Part shown: positions 36,101 through 51,100 of the stretch, piece by piece | How positions within the stretch are numbered: the stretch's first letter is position 1 | Layout: each line of letters begins with the position of its first letter | Origin: Eledone cirrhosa | Taxonomy: Eukaryota | Assembly (NCBI GenBank): GCA_964016885.1 | Contig: OZ024740.1 | Span: 20,522,001-20,586,000 of the forward strand | Length of the DNA stretch: 64,000 nt | Reading direction: 5' to 3' | Notes under the pieces: generated by a model | What the model saw: the letters and a program-made list of their open reading frames with translations, nothing else | Databases searched by the model: none | What the model was told of the DNA's origin: nothing | Translations under genes and position numbers: made by a program

Positions 36101-39100
36101 TGGTCGCTGATCTCTGTCATCTGAGCTAATGTTGTCCATCACTGTCATTGACTGCTGACCACTGGCCGCTGATCTCTGTCATGTGAGGTATTGTTGTCCA
36201 TCACTGTCATTGACTGCTGACCACTGGTCGCTGATCTCAGTCATCTGAGCTAATGTTGTCCATCACTGTCATTGACTGCTGACCACTGGCCGCTGATCTC
36301 TGTCATGTGAGGTAATGTTGTCCATCACTGTCATTGACTGCTGACCACTGGTCGCTGATCCCTGTCATGTGAGGTAATGTTGTCCATCACTGTCATTGAC
36401 TGCCTACCACTGGTCGCTGATCTCTGTCATGTGAGGTAATGTTGTCCATCACTGTCATTGATGCTGACCACTGGCCGCTGATCTCTGTCATGTGAGGTAA
36501 TGTTGTCCATCACTGTCATTGACTGCTGACCACTGGTCGCTGATCTCTTTCATGTGAGGTATTGTTGTCCATCACTGTCCTTGACTGCTGACCACTGGCC
36601 GCTGATCTGTCATGTGAGGTATTGTTGTCCATCACTGTCATTGACTGCTGACCACTGGCCGCTGTCTCTGTCATGTGAGGTATTGTTGTCCATCACTGTC
36701 ATTGACTGCTGACCACTGGTCGCTGATCTCTGTCATGTGAGGTATTGTTGTCCATCACTGTCATTGACTGCCTACCACTGGTCGCTGATCTCTGTCATGT
36801 GAGGTAATGTTGTCCATCACTGTCATTGACTGCCTACCACTGGTCGCTGATCTCTGTCATGTGAGGTAATGTTGTCCATCACTGTCATTGACTGCTGACC
36901 ACTGGCCGCTGATCTCTGTCATGTGAGGTAATGTTGTCCATCACTGTCATTGACTGCTGACCACTGGTCGCTGATCTCTTTCATGTGAGGTATTGTTGTC
37001 CATCACTGTCCTTGACTGCTGACCACTGGCCGCTGATCTCTGTCATGTGAGGTATTGTTGTCCATCACTGTCATTGACTGCTGACCACTGGTCGCTGATC
37101 TCTGTCATGTGAGGTATTGTTGTCCATCACTGTCATTGACTGCCTACCACTGGTCGCTGATCTCTGTCATGTGAGGTATTGTTGTCCATCACTGTCATTG
37201 ACTGCTGACCACTGGTCGCTGATCTCTGTCATGTGAGGTATTGTTGTCCATCACTGTCATTGACTGCTGACCACTGGTCGCTGATCTCTGTCATGTGAGG
37301 TAATGTTGTCCATCACTGTCATTGACTGCTGACCACTGGTCGCTGATCTCTGTCATGTGAGGTATTGTTGTCCATCACTGTCATTGACTGCTGACCACTG
37401 GTCCCTGATCTCTGTCATGTGAGGTAATGTTGTCCATCACTGTCATTGACTGCTGACCACTGGTCGCTGATCTCTGTCATGTGAGGTATTGTTGTCCATC
37501 ACTGTCATTGACTGCTGATCACTGGTCGCTGATCTCTGTCATGTGAGGTAATGTTGTCCATCACTGTCATTGACTGCTGACCACTGGTCGCTGATCTCTG
37601 TCATGTGAGGTATTGTTGTCCATCACTGTCATTGACTGCTGACCACTGGTCGCTGATCTCTTTCATGTGAGGTATTGTTGTCCATCACTGTCATTGACTG
37701 CTGACCACTGGCCGCTGATCTCTGTCATGTGAGGTATTGTTGTCCATCACTGTCATTGACTGCTGACCACTGGCCGCTGATATCTGTCATGTGAGGTAAT
37801 GTTGTCCATCACTGTCATTGACTGCTGACCACTGGTCGCTGATCTCTGTCATGTGAGGTAATGTTGTCCAACACTGTCATTGACTGCTGACCACTGGTCG
37901 CTGATCTCTGTCATGTGAGGTAATGTTGTCCATCACTGTCATTGACTGCTGACCACTGGTCGCTGATCTCTGTCATGTGAGGTATTGTTGTCCATCACTG
38001 TCATTGACTGCTGACCACTGGTCGCTGATCTCTGTCATGTGAGGTATTGTTGTCCATCACTGTCATTGACTGCTGACCACTGGCCGCTGATCTCTGTCAT
38101 GTGAGGTATTGTTGTCCATCACTGTCATTGACTGCTGACCACTGGCCGCTGATCTCTGTCATGTGAGGTATTGTTGTCCATCACTGTCATTGACTGCTGA
38201 CCACTTGTTGCTGATCTCTGTCATGTGATTTATTGTTGTCCATCACTGTCATTGACTGCTGACCACTGGTCGCTGATCTCTGTCATGTGAGGTATTGTTG
38301 TCCATCACTGTCATTGACTGCTGACCACTGGTCGCTGATCTCTGTCATGTGAGGTATTGTTGTCCATCACTGTCATTGACTGCTGACCACTGGTCGCTGA
38401 TCTCTGTCATGTGAGGTATTGTTGTCCATCACTGTCATTGACTTCTGACCACTGGTCGCTGATCTCTGTCATGTGAGGTAATGTTGTCCATCACTGTCAT
38501 TGACTGCTGACCACTGGTCGGTGATCTCTGTCATGCGAGGTATTTTTGTCCATCATTGTCATTGACTGCTGACCACTGGTCGCTGATCTCTGTCATGTGA
38601 GGTATTGTTGTCCATCACTGTCATTGACTGCTGACCACTGGTCGCTGATCTCTGTCATGTGAGGTATTGTTGTCCATCACTGTCATTGACTTCTGACCAC
38701 TGGTCGCTGATCTCTGTCATGTGAGGTAATGTTGTCCATCACTGTCATTGACTGCTGACCACTGGCCGCTGATCTCAGTCATGTGAGATATTGTTGTCCA
38801 TCACTGTCATTGACTGCTGACCACTGGTCGCTGATCTTGTCATGTGAGGTATTGTTGTCCATCACTGTCATTGACTGCTGACCACTGGCCGCTGATCTCT
38901 GTCATGTGAGGTATTGTGGTCCATCACTGTCATTGACTGTTGACCACTGGTCGCTGATCTCTGTCATGTGAGGTATTGTTGTCCATCACTGTCATTGACT
39001 GCTGACCACTGGTCGCTGATCTCTGTCATCTGAGCTAATGTTGTCCATCACTGTCATTGACTGCTGACCACTGTCCGCTGATCTCTGTCATGTGAGGTAT

Positions 39101-42100
39101 TGTGGTCCATCACTGTCATTGACTGTTGACCACTGGTCGCTGATCTCTGTCATGTGAGGTATTGTTGTCCATCACTGTCATTGACTGCTGACCACTGGTC
39201 GCTGATCTCTGTCATCTGAGCTAATGTTGTCCATCACTGTCATTGACTGCTGACCACTGGCCGCTGATCTCTGTCATGTGAGGTATTGTTGTCCATCACT
39301 GTCATTGACTGCTGACCACTGGTCGCTGATCTCAGTCATCTGAGCTAATGTTGTCCATCACTGTCATTGACTGCTGACCACTGGTCGCTGATCTCTGTCA
39401 TGTGAGGTAATGTTGTCCATCACTGTCATTGACTGCTGACCACTGGTCGCTGATCCCTGTCATGTGAGGTAATGTTGTCCATCACTGTCATTGACTGCCT
39501 ACCACTGGTCGCTGATCTCTGTCATGTGAGGTAATGTTGTCCATCACTGTCATTGACTGCTGACCACTGGCCGCTGATCTCTGTCATGTGAGGTAATGTT
39601 GTCCATCACTGTCATTGACTGCTGACCACTGGTCGCTGATCTCTTTCATGTGAGGTATTGTTGTCCATCACTGTCCTTGACTGCTGACCACTGGCCGCTG
39701 ATCTGTCATGTGAGGTATTGTTGTCCATCACTGTCATTGACTGCTGACCACTGGCCGCTGTCTCTGTCATGTGAGGTATTGTTGTCCATCACTGTCATTG
39801 ACTGCTGACCACTGGTCGCTGATCTCTGTCATGTGAGGTATTGTTGTCCATCACTGTCATTGACTGCCTACCACTGGTCGCTGATCTCTGTCATGTGAGG
39901 TAATGTTGTCCATCACTGTCATTGACTGCCTACCACTGGTCGCTGATCTCTGTCATGTGTGGTAATGTTGTCCATCACTGTCATTGACTGCTGACCACTG
40001 GCCGCTGATCTCTGTCATGTGAGGTAATGTTGTCCATCACTGTCATTGACTGCTGACCACTGGTCGCTGATCTCTTTCATGTGAGGTATTGTTGTCCATC
40101 ACTGTCCTTGACTGCTGACCACTGGCCGCTGATCTCTGTCATGTGAGGTATTGTTGTCCATCACTGTCATTGACTGCTGACCACTGGCCGCTGATCTCTG
40201 TCATGTGAGGTATTGTTGTCCATCACTGTCATTGACTGCTGACCACTGGTCGCTGATCTCTGTCATGTGAGGTATTGTTGTCCATCACTGTCATTGACTG
40301 CCTACCACTGGTCGCTGATCTCTGTCATGTGAGGTATTGTTGTCCATCACTGTCATTGACTGCTGACCACTGGTCGCTGATCTCTGTCATGTGAGGTATT
40401 GTTGTCCATCACTGTCATTGACTGCTGACCACTGGCCGCTGATCTCTATCATGTGAGGTATTGTTGTCCATCACTGTCATTGACTGCTGACCACTGGTCG
40501 CTGATCTCTGTCATGTGAGGTATTGTTGTCCATCACTGTCATTGACTGCTGACCACTGGTCGCTGATCTCTGTCATGTGAGGTATTGTTGTCCATCACTG
40601 TCATTGACTGCTGACCACTGGTCCCTGATCTCTGTCATGTGAGGTAATGTTGTCCATCACTGTCATTGACTGCTGACCACTGGTCGCTGATCTCTGTCAT
40701 GTGAGGTATTGTTGTCCATCACTGTCATTGACTGCTGACCACTGGTCGCTGATCTCTGTCATGTGAGGTAATGTTGTCCATCACTGTCATTGACTGCTGA
40801 CCACTGGTCGCTGATCTCTGTCATGTGAGGTATTGTTGTCCATCACTGTCATTGACTGCTGACCACTGGTCGCTGATCTCTTTCATGTGAGGTATTGTTG
40901 TCCATCACTGTCATTGACTGCTGACCACTGGCCGCTGATCTCTGTCATGTGAGGTATTGTTGTCCATCACTGTCATTGACTGCTGACCACTGGCCGCTGA
41001 TATCTGTCATGTGAGGTAATGTTGTCCATCACTGTCATTGACTGCTGACCACTGGTCGCTGATCTCTGTCATGTGAGGTAATGTTGTCCAACACTGTCAT
41101 TGACTGCTGACCACTGGTCGCTGATCTCTGTCATGTGAGGTAATGTTGTCCATCACTGTCATTGACTGCTGACCACTGGTCGCTGATCTCTGTCATGTGA
41201 GGTATTGTTGTCCATCACTGTCATTGACTGCTGACCACTGGTCGCTGATCTCTGTCATGTGAGGTATTGTTGTCCATCACTGTCATTGACTGCTGACCAC
41301 TGGCCGCTGATCTCTGTCATGTGAGGTATTGTTGTCCATCACTGTCATTGACTGCTGACCACTGGGCGCTGATCTCTGTCATGTGAGGTATTGTTGTCCA
41401 TCACTGTCATTGACTGCTGACCACTTGTTGCTGATCTCTGTCATGTGATTTATTGTTGTCCATCACTGTCATTGACTGCTGACCACTGGTCGCTGATCTC
41501 TGTCATGTGAGGTATTGTTGTCCATCACTGTCATTGACTGCTGACCACTGGTCGCTGATCTCTGTCATGTGAGGTATTGTTGTCCATCACTGTCATTGAC
41601 TGCTGACCACTGGTCGCTGATCTCTGTCATGTGAGGTATTGTTGTCCATCACTGTCATTGACTTCTGACCACTGGTCGCTGATCTCTGTCATGTGAGGTA
41701 ATGTTGACCATCACTGTCATTGACTGCTGACCACTGGTCGCTGATCTCTGTCATGCGAGGTATTTTTGTCCATCATTGTCATTGACTGCTGACCACTGGT
41801 CGCTGATCTCTGTCATGTGAGGTATTGTTGTCCATCACTGTCATTGACTGCTGACCACTGGTCGCTGATCTCTGTCATGTGAGGTATTGTTGTCCATCAC
41901 TGTCATTGACTTCTGACCACTGGTCGCTGATCTCTGTCATGTGAGGTAATGTTGTCCATCACTGTCATTGACTGCTGACCACTGGCCGCTGATCTCAGTC
42001 ATGTGAGATATTGTTGTCCATCACTGTCATTGACTGCTGACCACTGGTCGCTGATCTTGTCATGTGAGGTATTGTTGTCCATCACTGTCATTGACTGCTG

Positions 42101-45100
42101 ACCACTGGTCGCTGATCTCTTTCATGTGAGGTATTGTTGTCCATCACTCTCATTGACTGCTGACCACTGGTCGCTGATCTCTGTCATGTGAGGTATTGTT
42201 GTCCATCACTGTCATTGACTTCTGACCACTGGTCGCTGATCTCTGTCATGTGAGGTAATGTTGTCCATCACTGTCATTGACTGCTGACCACTGGCCGCTG
42301 ATCTCTGTCATGTGAGGTATTGTTGTCCATCACTGTCATTGACTGCTGACGACTGGCCGCTGATCTTAGTCATGTGAGATATTGTTGTCCATCACTGTCA
42401 TTGACTGCTGACCACTGGCCGCTGATCGCTGTCATGTGAGGTATTGTTGTCCATCACTGTCATTGACTGCTGACCACTGGTCGCTGATCTCTGTCATGTG
42501 AGGTATTGTTGTCCATCACTGTCATTGACTGCTGACCACTGGTCGCTGATCTCTGTCATGTGAGGTATTGTTGTCCATCACTGTGATTGACTGCTGACCA
42601 CTGGTCGCTGATCTCTGTCATGTGAGGTAATGTTGTCCATCACTGTCATCGACTGCTGACCACTGGCCGCTGATCTCTGTCATGTGAGGTATTGTTGTCC
42701 ATCACTGTCATTGACTGCTGACCACTGGCCGCTGATCTCTGTCATGTGAGGTATTGTTGTCCATCACTCTCATTGACTGCTGACCACTGGCCGCTGATCT
42801 CTGTCATGTGAGGTATTGTGGTCCATCACTGTCATTGACTGTTGACCACTGGTCGCTGATCTCTGTCATGTGAGGTATTGTTGTCCATCACTGTCATTGA
42901 CTGCTAACCACTGGTCGCTGATCTCTGTCATCTGAGCTAATGTTGTCCATCACTGTCATTGACTGCTGACCACTGGCCGCTGATCTCTGTCATGTGAGGT
43001 ATTGTGGTCCATCACTGTCATTGACTGTTGACCACTGGTCGCTGATCTCTGTCATGTGAGGTATTGTTGTCCATCACTGTCATTGACTGCTGACCACTGG
43101 TCGCTGATCTCTGTCATCTGAGCTAATGTTGTCCATCACTGTCATTGACTGCTGACCACTGGCCGCTGATCTCTGTCATGTGAGGTATTGTTGTCCATCA
43201 CTGTCATTGACTGCTGACCACTGGTCGCTGATCTCAGTCATCTGAGCTAATGTTGTCCATCACTGTCATTGACTGCTGACCACTGGCCGCTGATCTCTGT
43301 CATGTGAGGTAATGTTGTCCATCACTGTCATTGACTGCTGACCACTGGTCGCTGATCCCTGTCATGTGAGGTAATGTTGTCCATCACTGTCATTGACTGC
43401 CTACCACTGGTCGCTGATCTCTGTCATGTGAGGTAATGTTGTCCATCACTGTCATTGACTGCTGACCACTGGCCGCTGATCTCTGTCATGTGAGGTAATG
43501 TTGTCCATCACTGTCATTGACTGCTGACCACTGGTCGCTGATCTCTTTCATGTGAGTATTGTTGTCCATCACTGTCCTTGACTGCTGACCACTGGCCGCT
43601 GATCTCTGTCATGTGAGGTATTGTTGTCCATCACTGTCATTGACTGCTGACCACTGGCCGCTGTCTCTGTCATGTGAGGTATTGTTGTCCATCACTGTCA
43701 TTGACTGCTGACCACTGGTCGCTGATCTCTGTCATGTGAGGTATTGTTGTCCATCACTGTCATTGACTGCCTACCACTGGTCGCTGATCTCTGTCATGTG
43801 AGGTAATGTTGTCCATCACTGTCATTGACTGCCTACCACTGGTCGCTGATCTCTGTTATGTGAGGTAATGTTGTCCATCACTGTCATTGACTGCTGACCA
43901 CTGGCCGCTGATCTCTGTCATGTGAGGTAATGTTGTCCATCACTGTCATTGACTGCTGACCACTGGTCGCTGATCTCTTTCATGTGAGGTATTGTTGTCC
44001 ATCACTGTCCTTGACTGCTGACCACTGGCCGCTGATCTCTGTCATGTGAGGTATTGTTGTCCATCACTGTCATTGACTGCTGACCACTGGCCGCTGATCT
44101 CTGTCATGTGAGGTATTGTTGTCCATCACTGTCATTGACTGCTGACCACTGGTCGCTGATCTCTGTCATGTGAGGTATTGTTGTCCATCACTGTCATTGA
44201 CTGCTGACCACTGGTCGCTGATCTCTGTCATGTGAGGTATTGTTGTCCATCACTGTCATTGACTGCTGACCACTGGTCGCTGATCTCTGTCATGTGAGGT
44301 AATGTTGTCCATCACTGTCATTGACTGCTGACCACTGGTCGCTGATCTCTGTCATGTGAGGTATTGTTGTCCATCACTGTCATTGACTGCTGACCACTGG
44401 TCCCTGATCTCTGTCATGTGAGGTAATGTTGTCCATCACTGTCATTGACTGCTGACCACTGGTCGCTGATCTCTGTCATGTGAGGTATTGTTGTCCATCA
44501 CTGTCATTGACTGCTGACCACTGGTCGCTGATCTCTGTCATGTGAGGTAATGTTGTCCATCACTGTCATTGACTGCTGACCACTGGTCGCTGATCTCTGT
44601 CATGTGAGGTATTGTTGTCAATCACTGTCATTGACTGCTGACCACTGGTCGCTGATCTCTGTCATGTGAGGTAATGTTGTCCATCACTGTCATTGACTGC
44701 TGACCACTGGTCGCTGATCTCTTTCATGTGAGGTATTGTTGTCCATCACTGTCATTGACTGCTGACCACTGGCCGCTGATCTCTGTCATGTGAGGTATTG
44801 TTGTCCATCACTGTCATTGACTGCTGACCACTGGCCGCTGATATCTGTCATGTGAGGTAATGTTGTCCATCACTGTCATTGACTGCTGACCACTGGTCGC
44901 TGATCTCTGTCATGTGAGGTAATGTTGTCCAACACTGTCATAGACTGCTGACCACTGGTCGCTGATCTCTGTCATGTGAGGTAATGTTGTCCATCACTGT
45001 CATTGACTGCTGACCACTGGTCGCTGATCTCTGTCATGTGAGGTATTGTTGTCCATCACTGTCATTGACTGCTGACCACTGGTCGCTGATCTCTGTCATG

Positions 45101-48100
45101 TGAGGTATTGTTGTCCATCACTGTCATTGACTGCTGACCACTGGCCGCTGATCTCTGTCATGTGAGGTATTGTTGTCCATCACTGTCATTGACTGCTGAC
45201 CACTGGCCGCTGATCTCTGTCATGTGAGGTATTGTTGTCCATCACTGTCATTGACTGCTGACCACTTGTTGCTGATCTCTGTCATGTGATTTATTGTTGT
45301 CCATCACTGTCATTGACTGCTGACCACTGGTCGCTGATCTCTGTCATGTGAGGTATTGTTGTCCATCACTGTCATTGACTGCTGACCACTGGTCGCTGAT
45401 CTCTGTCATGTGAGGTATTGTTGTCCATCACTGTCATTGACTGCTGACCACTGGTCGCTGATCTCTGTCATGTGAGGTATTGTTGTCCATCACTGTCATT
45501 GACTTCTGACCACTGGTCGCTGATCTCTGTCATGTGAGGTAATGTTGTCCATCACTGTCATTGACTGCTGACCACTGGTCGCTGATCTCTGTCATGCGAG
45601 GTATTTTTGTCCATCATTGTCATTGACTGCTGACCACTGGTCGCTGATCTCTGTCATGTGAGGTATTGTTGTCCATCACTGTCATTGACTGCTGACCACT
45701 GGTCGCTGATCTCTGTCATGTGAGGTATTGTTGTCCATCACTGTCATTGACTTCTGACCACTGGTCGCTGATCTCTGTCATGTGAGGTAATGTTGTACAT
45801 CACTGTCATTGACTGCTGACCACTGGCCGCTGATCTCAGTCATGTGAGATATTGTTGTCCATCACTGTCATTGACTGCTGACCACTGGTCGCTGATCTTG
45901 TCATGTGAGGTATTGTTGTCCATCACTGTCATTGACTGCTGACCACTGGTCGCTGATCTCTGTCATGTGAGGTAATGTTGTCCATCACTGTCATTGACTG
46001 CTGACCACTGGTCGCTGATCTCTGTCATGCGAGGTATTTTTGTCCATCATTGTCATTGACTGCTGACCACTGGTCGCTGATCTCTGTCATGTGAGGTATT
46101 GTTGTCCATCACTGTCATTGACTGCTGACCACTGGTCGCTGATCTCTGTCATGTGAGGTATTGTTGTCCATCACTGTCATTGACCTCTGACCACTGGTCG
46201 CTGATCTCTGTCATGTGAGGTAATGTTGTCCATCACTGTCATTGACTGCTGACCACTGGTCGCTGATCTCTTTCATGTGAGGTATTGTTGTCCATCACTC
46301 TCATTGACTGCTGACCACTGGTCGCTGATCTCTGTCATGTGAGGTATTGTTGTCCATCACTGTCATTGACTTCTGACCACTGGTCGCTGATCTCTGTCAT
46401 GTGAGGTAATGTTGTCCATCACTGTCATTGACTGCTGACCACTGGCCGCTGATCTCTGTCATGTGAGGTATTGTTGTCCATCACTGTCATTGACTGCTGA
46501 CGACTGGCCGCTGATCTCAGTCATGTGAGATATTGTTGTCCATCACTGTCATTGACTGCTGACCACTGGCCGCTGATCGCTGTCATGTGAGGTATTGTTG
46601 TCCATCACTGTCATTGACTGCTGACCACTGGTCGCTGATCTCTGTCATGTGAGGTATTGTTGTCCATCACTGTCATTGACTGCTGACCACTGGTCGCTGA
46701 TCTCTGTCATGTGAGGTATTGTTGTCCATCACTGTGATTGACTGCTGACCACTGGTCGCTGATCTCTGTCATGTGAGGTAATGTTGTCCATCACTGTCAT
46801 CGACTGCTGACCACTGGCCGCTGATCTCTGTCATGTGAGGTATTGTTGTCCATCACTGTCATTGACTGCTGACCACTGGCCGCTGATCTCTGTCATGTGA
46901 GGTATTGTTGTCCATCACTCTCATTGACTGCTGATCACTGGTCGCTGATCTCTGTCATGTGAGGTAATGTTGTCCATCACTGTCATTGACTGCTGACCAC
47001 TGGTCGCTGATCTCTGTCATGTGAGGTATTGTTGTCCATCACTGTCATTGACTGCTGACCACTGGTCGCTGATCTCTTTCATGTGAGGTAATGTTGTCCA
47101 TCACTGTGATTGACTGCTGACCACTGGTCGCTGATCTCTGTCATGTGAGGTATTGTTGTCCATCACTGTGACTGACTGCTGACCACTGGTCGCTGATCTC
47201 TGTCATGTGAGGTATTGTTGTCCATCACTGTCATTGACTGCTGACCACTGGTCGCTGATCTCTGTCATGTGAGGTATTGTTGTCCATCACTGTCATTGAC
47301 TGCTGACCACTGGTCGCTGATCTCTGTCATGTGAGGTATTGTTGTCCATCACTGTGATTGACTGCTGACCACTGGTCGCTGATCTCTGTCATGTGAGGTA
47401 ATGTTGTCCATCACTGTCATCGACTGCTGACCACTGGCCGCTGATCTCTGTCATGTGAGGTATTGTTGTCCATCACTGTCATTGACTGCTGACCACTGGT
47501 CGCTGATCTCTGTCATGTGAGGTAATGTTGTCCATCACTGTGATTGACTGCTGACCACTGGTTGCTGATCTCTGTCATGTGAGGTAGTGTTGTCCATCAC
47601 TGTCATTGACTGCTGACCACTGGTCGCTGATCTCTGTCATGTGAGGTATTGTTGTCCATCACTGTCATTGACTGCTGACCACTGGCCGCTGATCTCTGTC
47701 ATGTGAGGTATTGTTGTTCATCACTGTCATTGACTGCTGACCACTGGCCGCTGATCTCTGTCATGTGAGGTATTGTTGTCCATCACTGTCATTGACTGCT
47801 GACCACTGGTCGCTGATCTCTGTCATGTGAGGTATTGTTGTCCATCACTGTCATTGACTGCTGACCACTGGCCGCTGATCTCTGTCATGTGAGGTATTGT
47901 TGTCCATCACTGTCATTGACTGCTGACCACTGGTCGCTGATCTCTGTCATGTGAGGTAATGTTGTCCATCACTGTCATTGACTGCTGACCACTGGTCGCT
48001 GATCTCTGTCATGTGAGGTAATGTTGTCCATCACTGTCATTGACTGCTGACCACTGGCCGCTGATCTCTGTCATGTGAGGTATTGTTGTCCATCACTGTC

Positions 48101-51100
48101 ATTGATTGCTGACCACTGGTCGCTGATCTCTGTCATGTGAGGTATTGTTGTCCATCACTGTCATTGACTGCTGACCACTGGTCGCTGATCTCTGTCATGT
48201 GAGGTAATGTTGTCCATCACTGTCATTGACTGCTGACCACTGGTCGCTGATCTCTGTCATGTGAGGTATTGTTGTCCATCACTCTCATTGACTGCTGACC
48301 ACTGGTCGCTGATCTCTGTCATGTGAGGTAGTGTTGTCCATCACTGTCATTGACTGCTGACCACTGGTCGCTGATCTCTGTCATGTGAGGTATTGTTGTC
48401 CATCACTGTCATTGACTGCTGACCACTGGCCGCTGATCTCTGTCATGTGAGGTATTGTTGTTCATCACTGTCATTGACTGCTGACCACTGGCCGCTGATC
48501 TCTGTCATGTGAGGTATTGTTGTCCATCACTGTCATTGACTGCTGACCACTGGTCGCTGATCTCTGTCATGTGAGGTAATGTTGTCCATCACTGTCATTG
48601 ACTGCTGACCACTGGCCGCTGATCTCTGTCATGTGAGGTATTGTTGTCCATCACTGTCATTGATTGCTGACCACTGGTCGCTGATCTCTGTCATGTGAGG
48701 TATTGTTGTCCATCACTGTCATTGACTGCTGACCACTGGTCGCTGATCTCTGTCATGTGAGGTAATGTTGTCCATCACTGTCATTGACTTCTGACCACTG
48801 GTCGCTGATCTCTGTCATGTGAGGTAATGTTGTCCATCACTGTCATTGACTGCTGACCACTGGCCGCTGATCTCTGTCATGTGAGGTATTGTTGTCCATC
48901 ACTGTCATTGACTGCTGACGACTGGCCGCTGATCAAAGTCATGTGAGATATTGCTGTCCATCACTGTCATTGACTGCTGACCACTGGCCGCTGATCTCTG
49001 TCATGTGAGGTATTGTTGTCCATCACTGTCATTGACTGCTGACCACTGGTCGCTGATCTCTGTCATGTGAGGTATTGTTGTCCATCACTGTCATTGACTG
49101 CTGACCACTGGCCGCTGATCTCTGTCATGTGAGGTATTGTTGTTCATCACTGTCATTGACTGCTGACCACTGGCCGCTGATCTCTGTCATGTGAGGTATT
49201 GTTGTTCATCACTGTCATTGACTGCTGACCACTGGCCGCTGATCTCTGTCATGTGAGGTATTGTTGTCCATCACTGTCATTGATTGCTGACCACTGGTCG
49301 CTGATCTCTGTCATGTGAGGTATTGTTGTCCATCACTGTCATTGACTGCTGACCACTGGTCGCTGATCTCTGTCATGTGAGGTAATGTTGTCCATCACTG
49401 TCATTGACTGCTGACCACTGGTCGCTGATTTCTGTCATGTGAGGTATTGTTGTCCATCACTCTCATTGACTGCTGACCACTGGTCGCTGATCTCTGTCAT
49501 GTGAGGTAGTGTTGTCCATCACTGTCATTGACTGCTGACCACTGGTCGCTGATCTCTGTCATGTGAGGTATTGTTGTCCATCACTGTCATTGACTGCTGA
49601 CCACTGGCCGCTGATCTCTGTCATGTGAGGTATTGTTGTTCATCACTGTCATTGACTGCTGACCACTGGCCGCTGATCTCTGTCATGTGAGGTATTGTTG
49701 TCCATCACTGTCATTGACTGCTGACCACTGGTCGCTGATCTCTGTCATGTGAGGTAATGTTGTCCATCACTGTCATTGACTGCTGACCACTGGCCGCTGA
49801 TCTCTGTCATGTGAGGTATTGTTGTCCATCACTGTCATTGATTGCTGACCACTGGTCGCTGATCTCTGTCATGTGAGGTATTGTTGTCCATCACTGTCAT
49901 TGACTGCTGACCACTGGTCGCTGATCTCTGTCATGTGAGGTAATGTTGTCCATCACTGTCATTGACTGCTGACCACTGGCCGCTGATCTCTGTCATGTGA
50001 GGTATTGTTGTCCATCACTGTCATTGACTGCTGACCACTGGTCGCTGATCTCTGTCATGTGAGGTAATGTTGTCCATCACTGTCATTGACTTCTGACCAC
50101 TGGTCGCTGATCTCTGTCATGTGAGGTAATGTTGTCCATCACTGTCATTGACTGCTGACCACTGGCCGCTGATCTCTGTCATGTGAGGTATTGTTGTCCA
50201 TCACTGTCATTGACTGCTGACGACTGGCCGCTGATCAAAGTCATGTGAGATATTGCTGTCCATCACTGTCATTGACTGCTGACCACTGGCCGCTGATCTC
50301 TGTCATGTGAGGTATTGTTGTCCATCACTGTCATTGACTGCTGACCACTGGTCGCTGATCTCTGTCATGTGAAGTATTGTTGTCCATCACTGTCATTGAC
50401 TGCTGACCACTGGTCGCTGATCTCTGTCATGTGAGGTATTGTTGTGCATCACTGTGATTGACTGCTGACCACTGGTCGCTGATCTCTGTCATGTGAAGTA
50501 ATGTTGTCCATCACTGTCATCGACTGCTGACCACTGGCCGCTGATCTCTGTCATGTGAGGTATTGTTGTCCATCACTGTCATTGACTGCTGACCACTGGC
50601 CGCTGATCTCTGTCATGTGAGGTATTGTTGTCCTTCACTCTCATTGACTGCTGATCACTTGTCGCTGATCTCTGTCATGTGAGGTAATGTTGTTCATCAC
50701 TGTCATTGACTGCTGACCACTGGTCGCTGATCTCTGTCATGTGAGGTAATGTTGTCCATCACTGTCATTGACTGCTGACCACTGGCCGCTGATCTCTGTC
50801 ATGTGAGGTATTGTTGTCCATCACTGTCATTGACTGCTGACCACTGGTCGCTGATCTCTGTCATGTGAGGTATTGTTGTCCATCACTGTCATTGACTGCT
50901 GACCACTGGTCGCTGATCTCTGTCATGTGAGGTAATGTTGTCCATCACTGTCATTGACTGCTGACCACTGGTCGCTGATCTCTGTCATGTGAGGTAATGT
51001 TGTCCATCACTGTCATTGACTGCTGACCACTGGCCGCTGATCTCTGTCATGTGAGGTATTGTTGTCCATCACTGTCATTGACTGCTGACCACTGGTCGCT

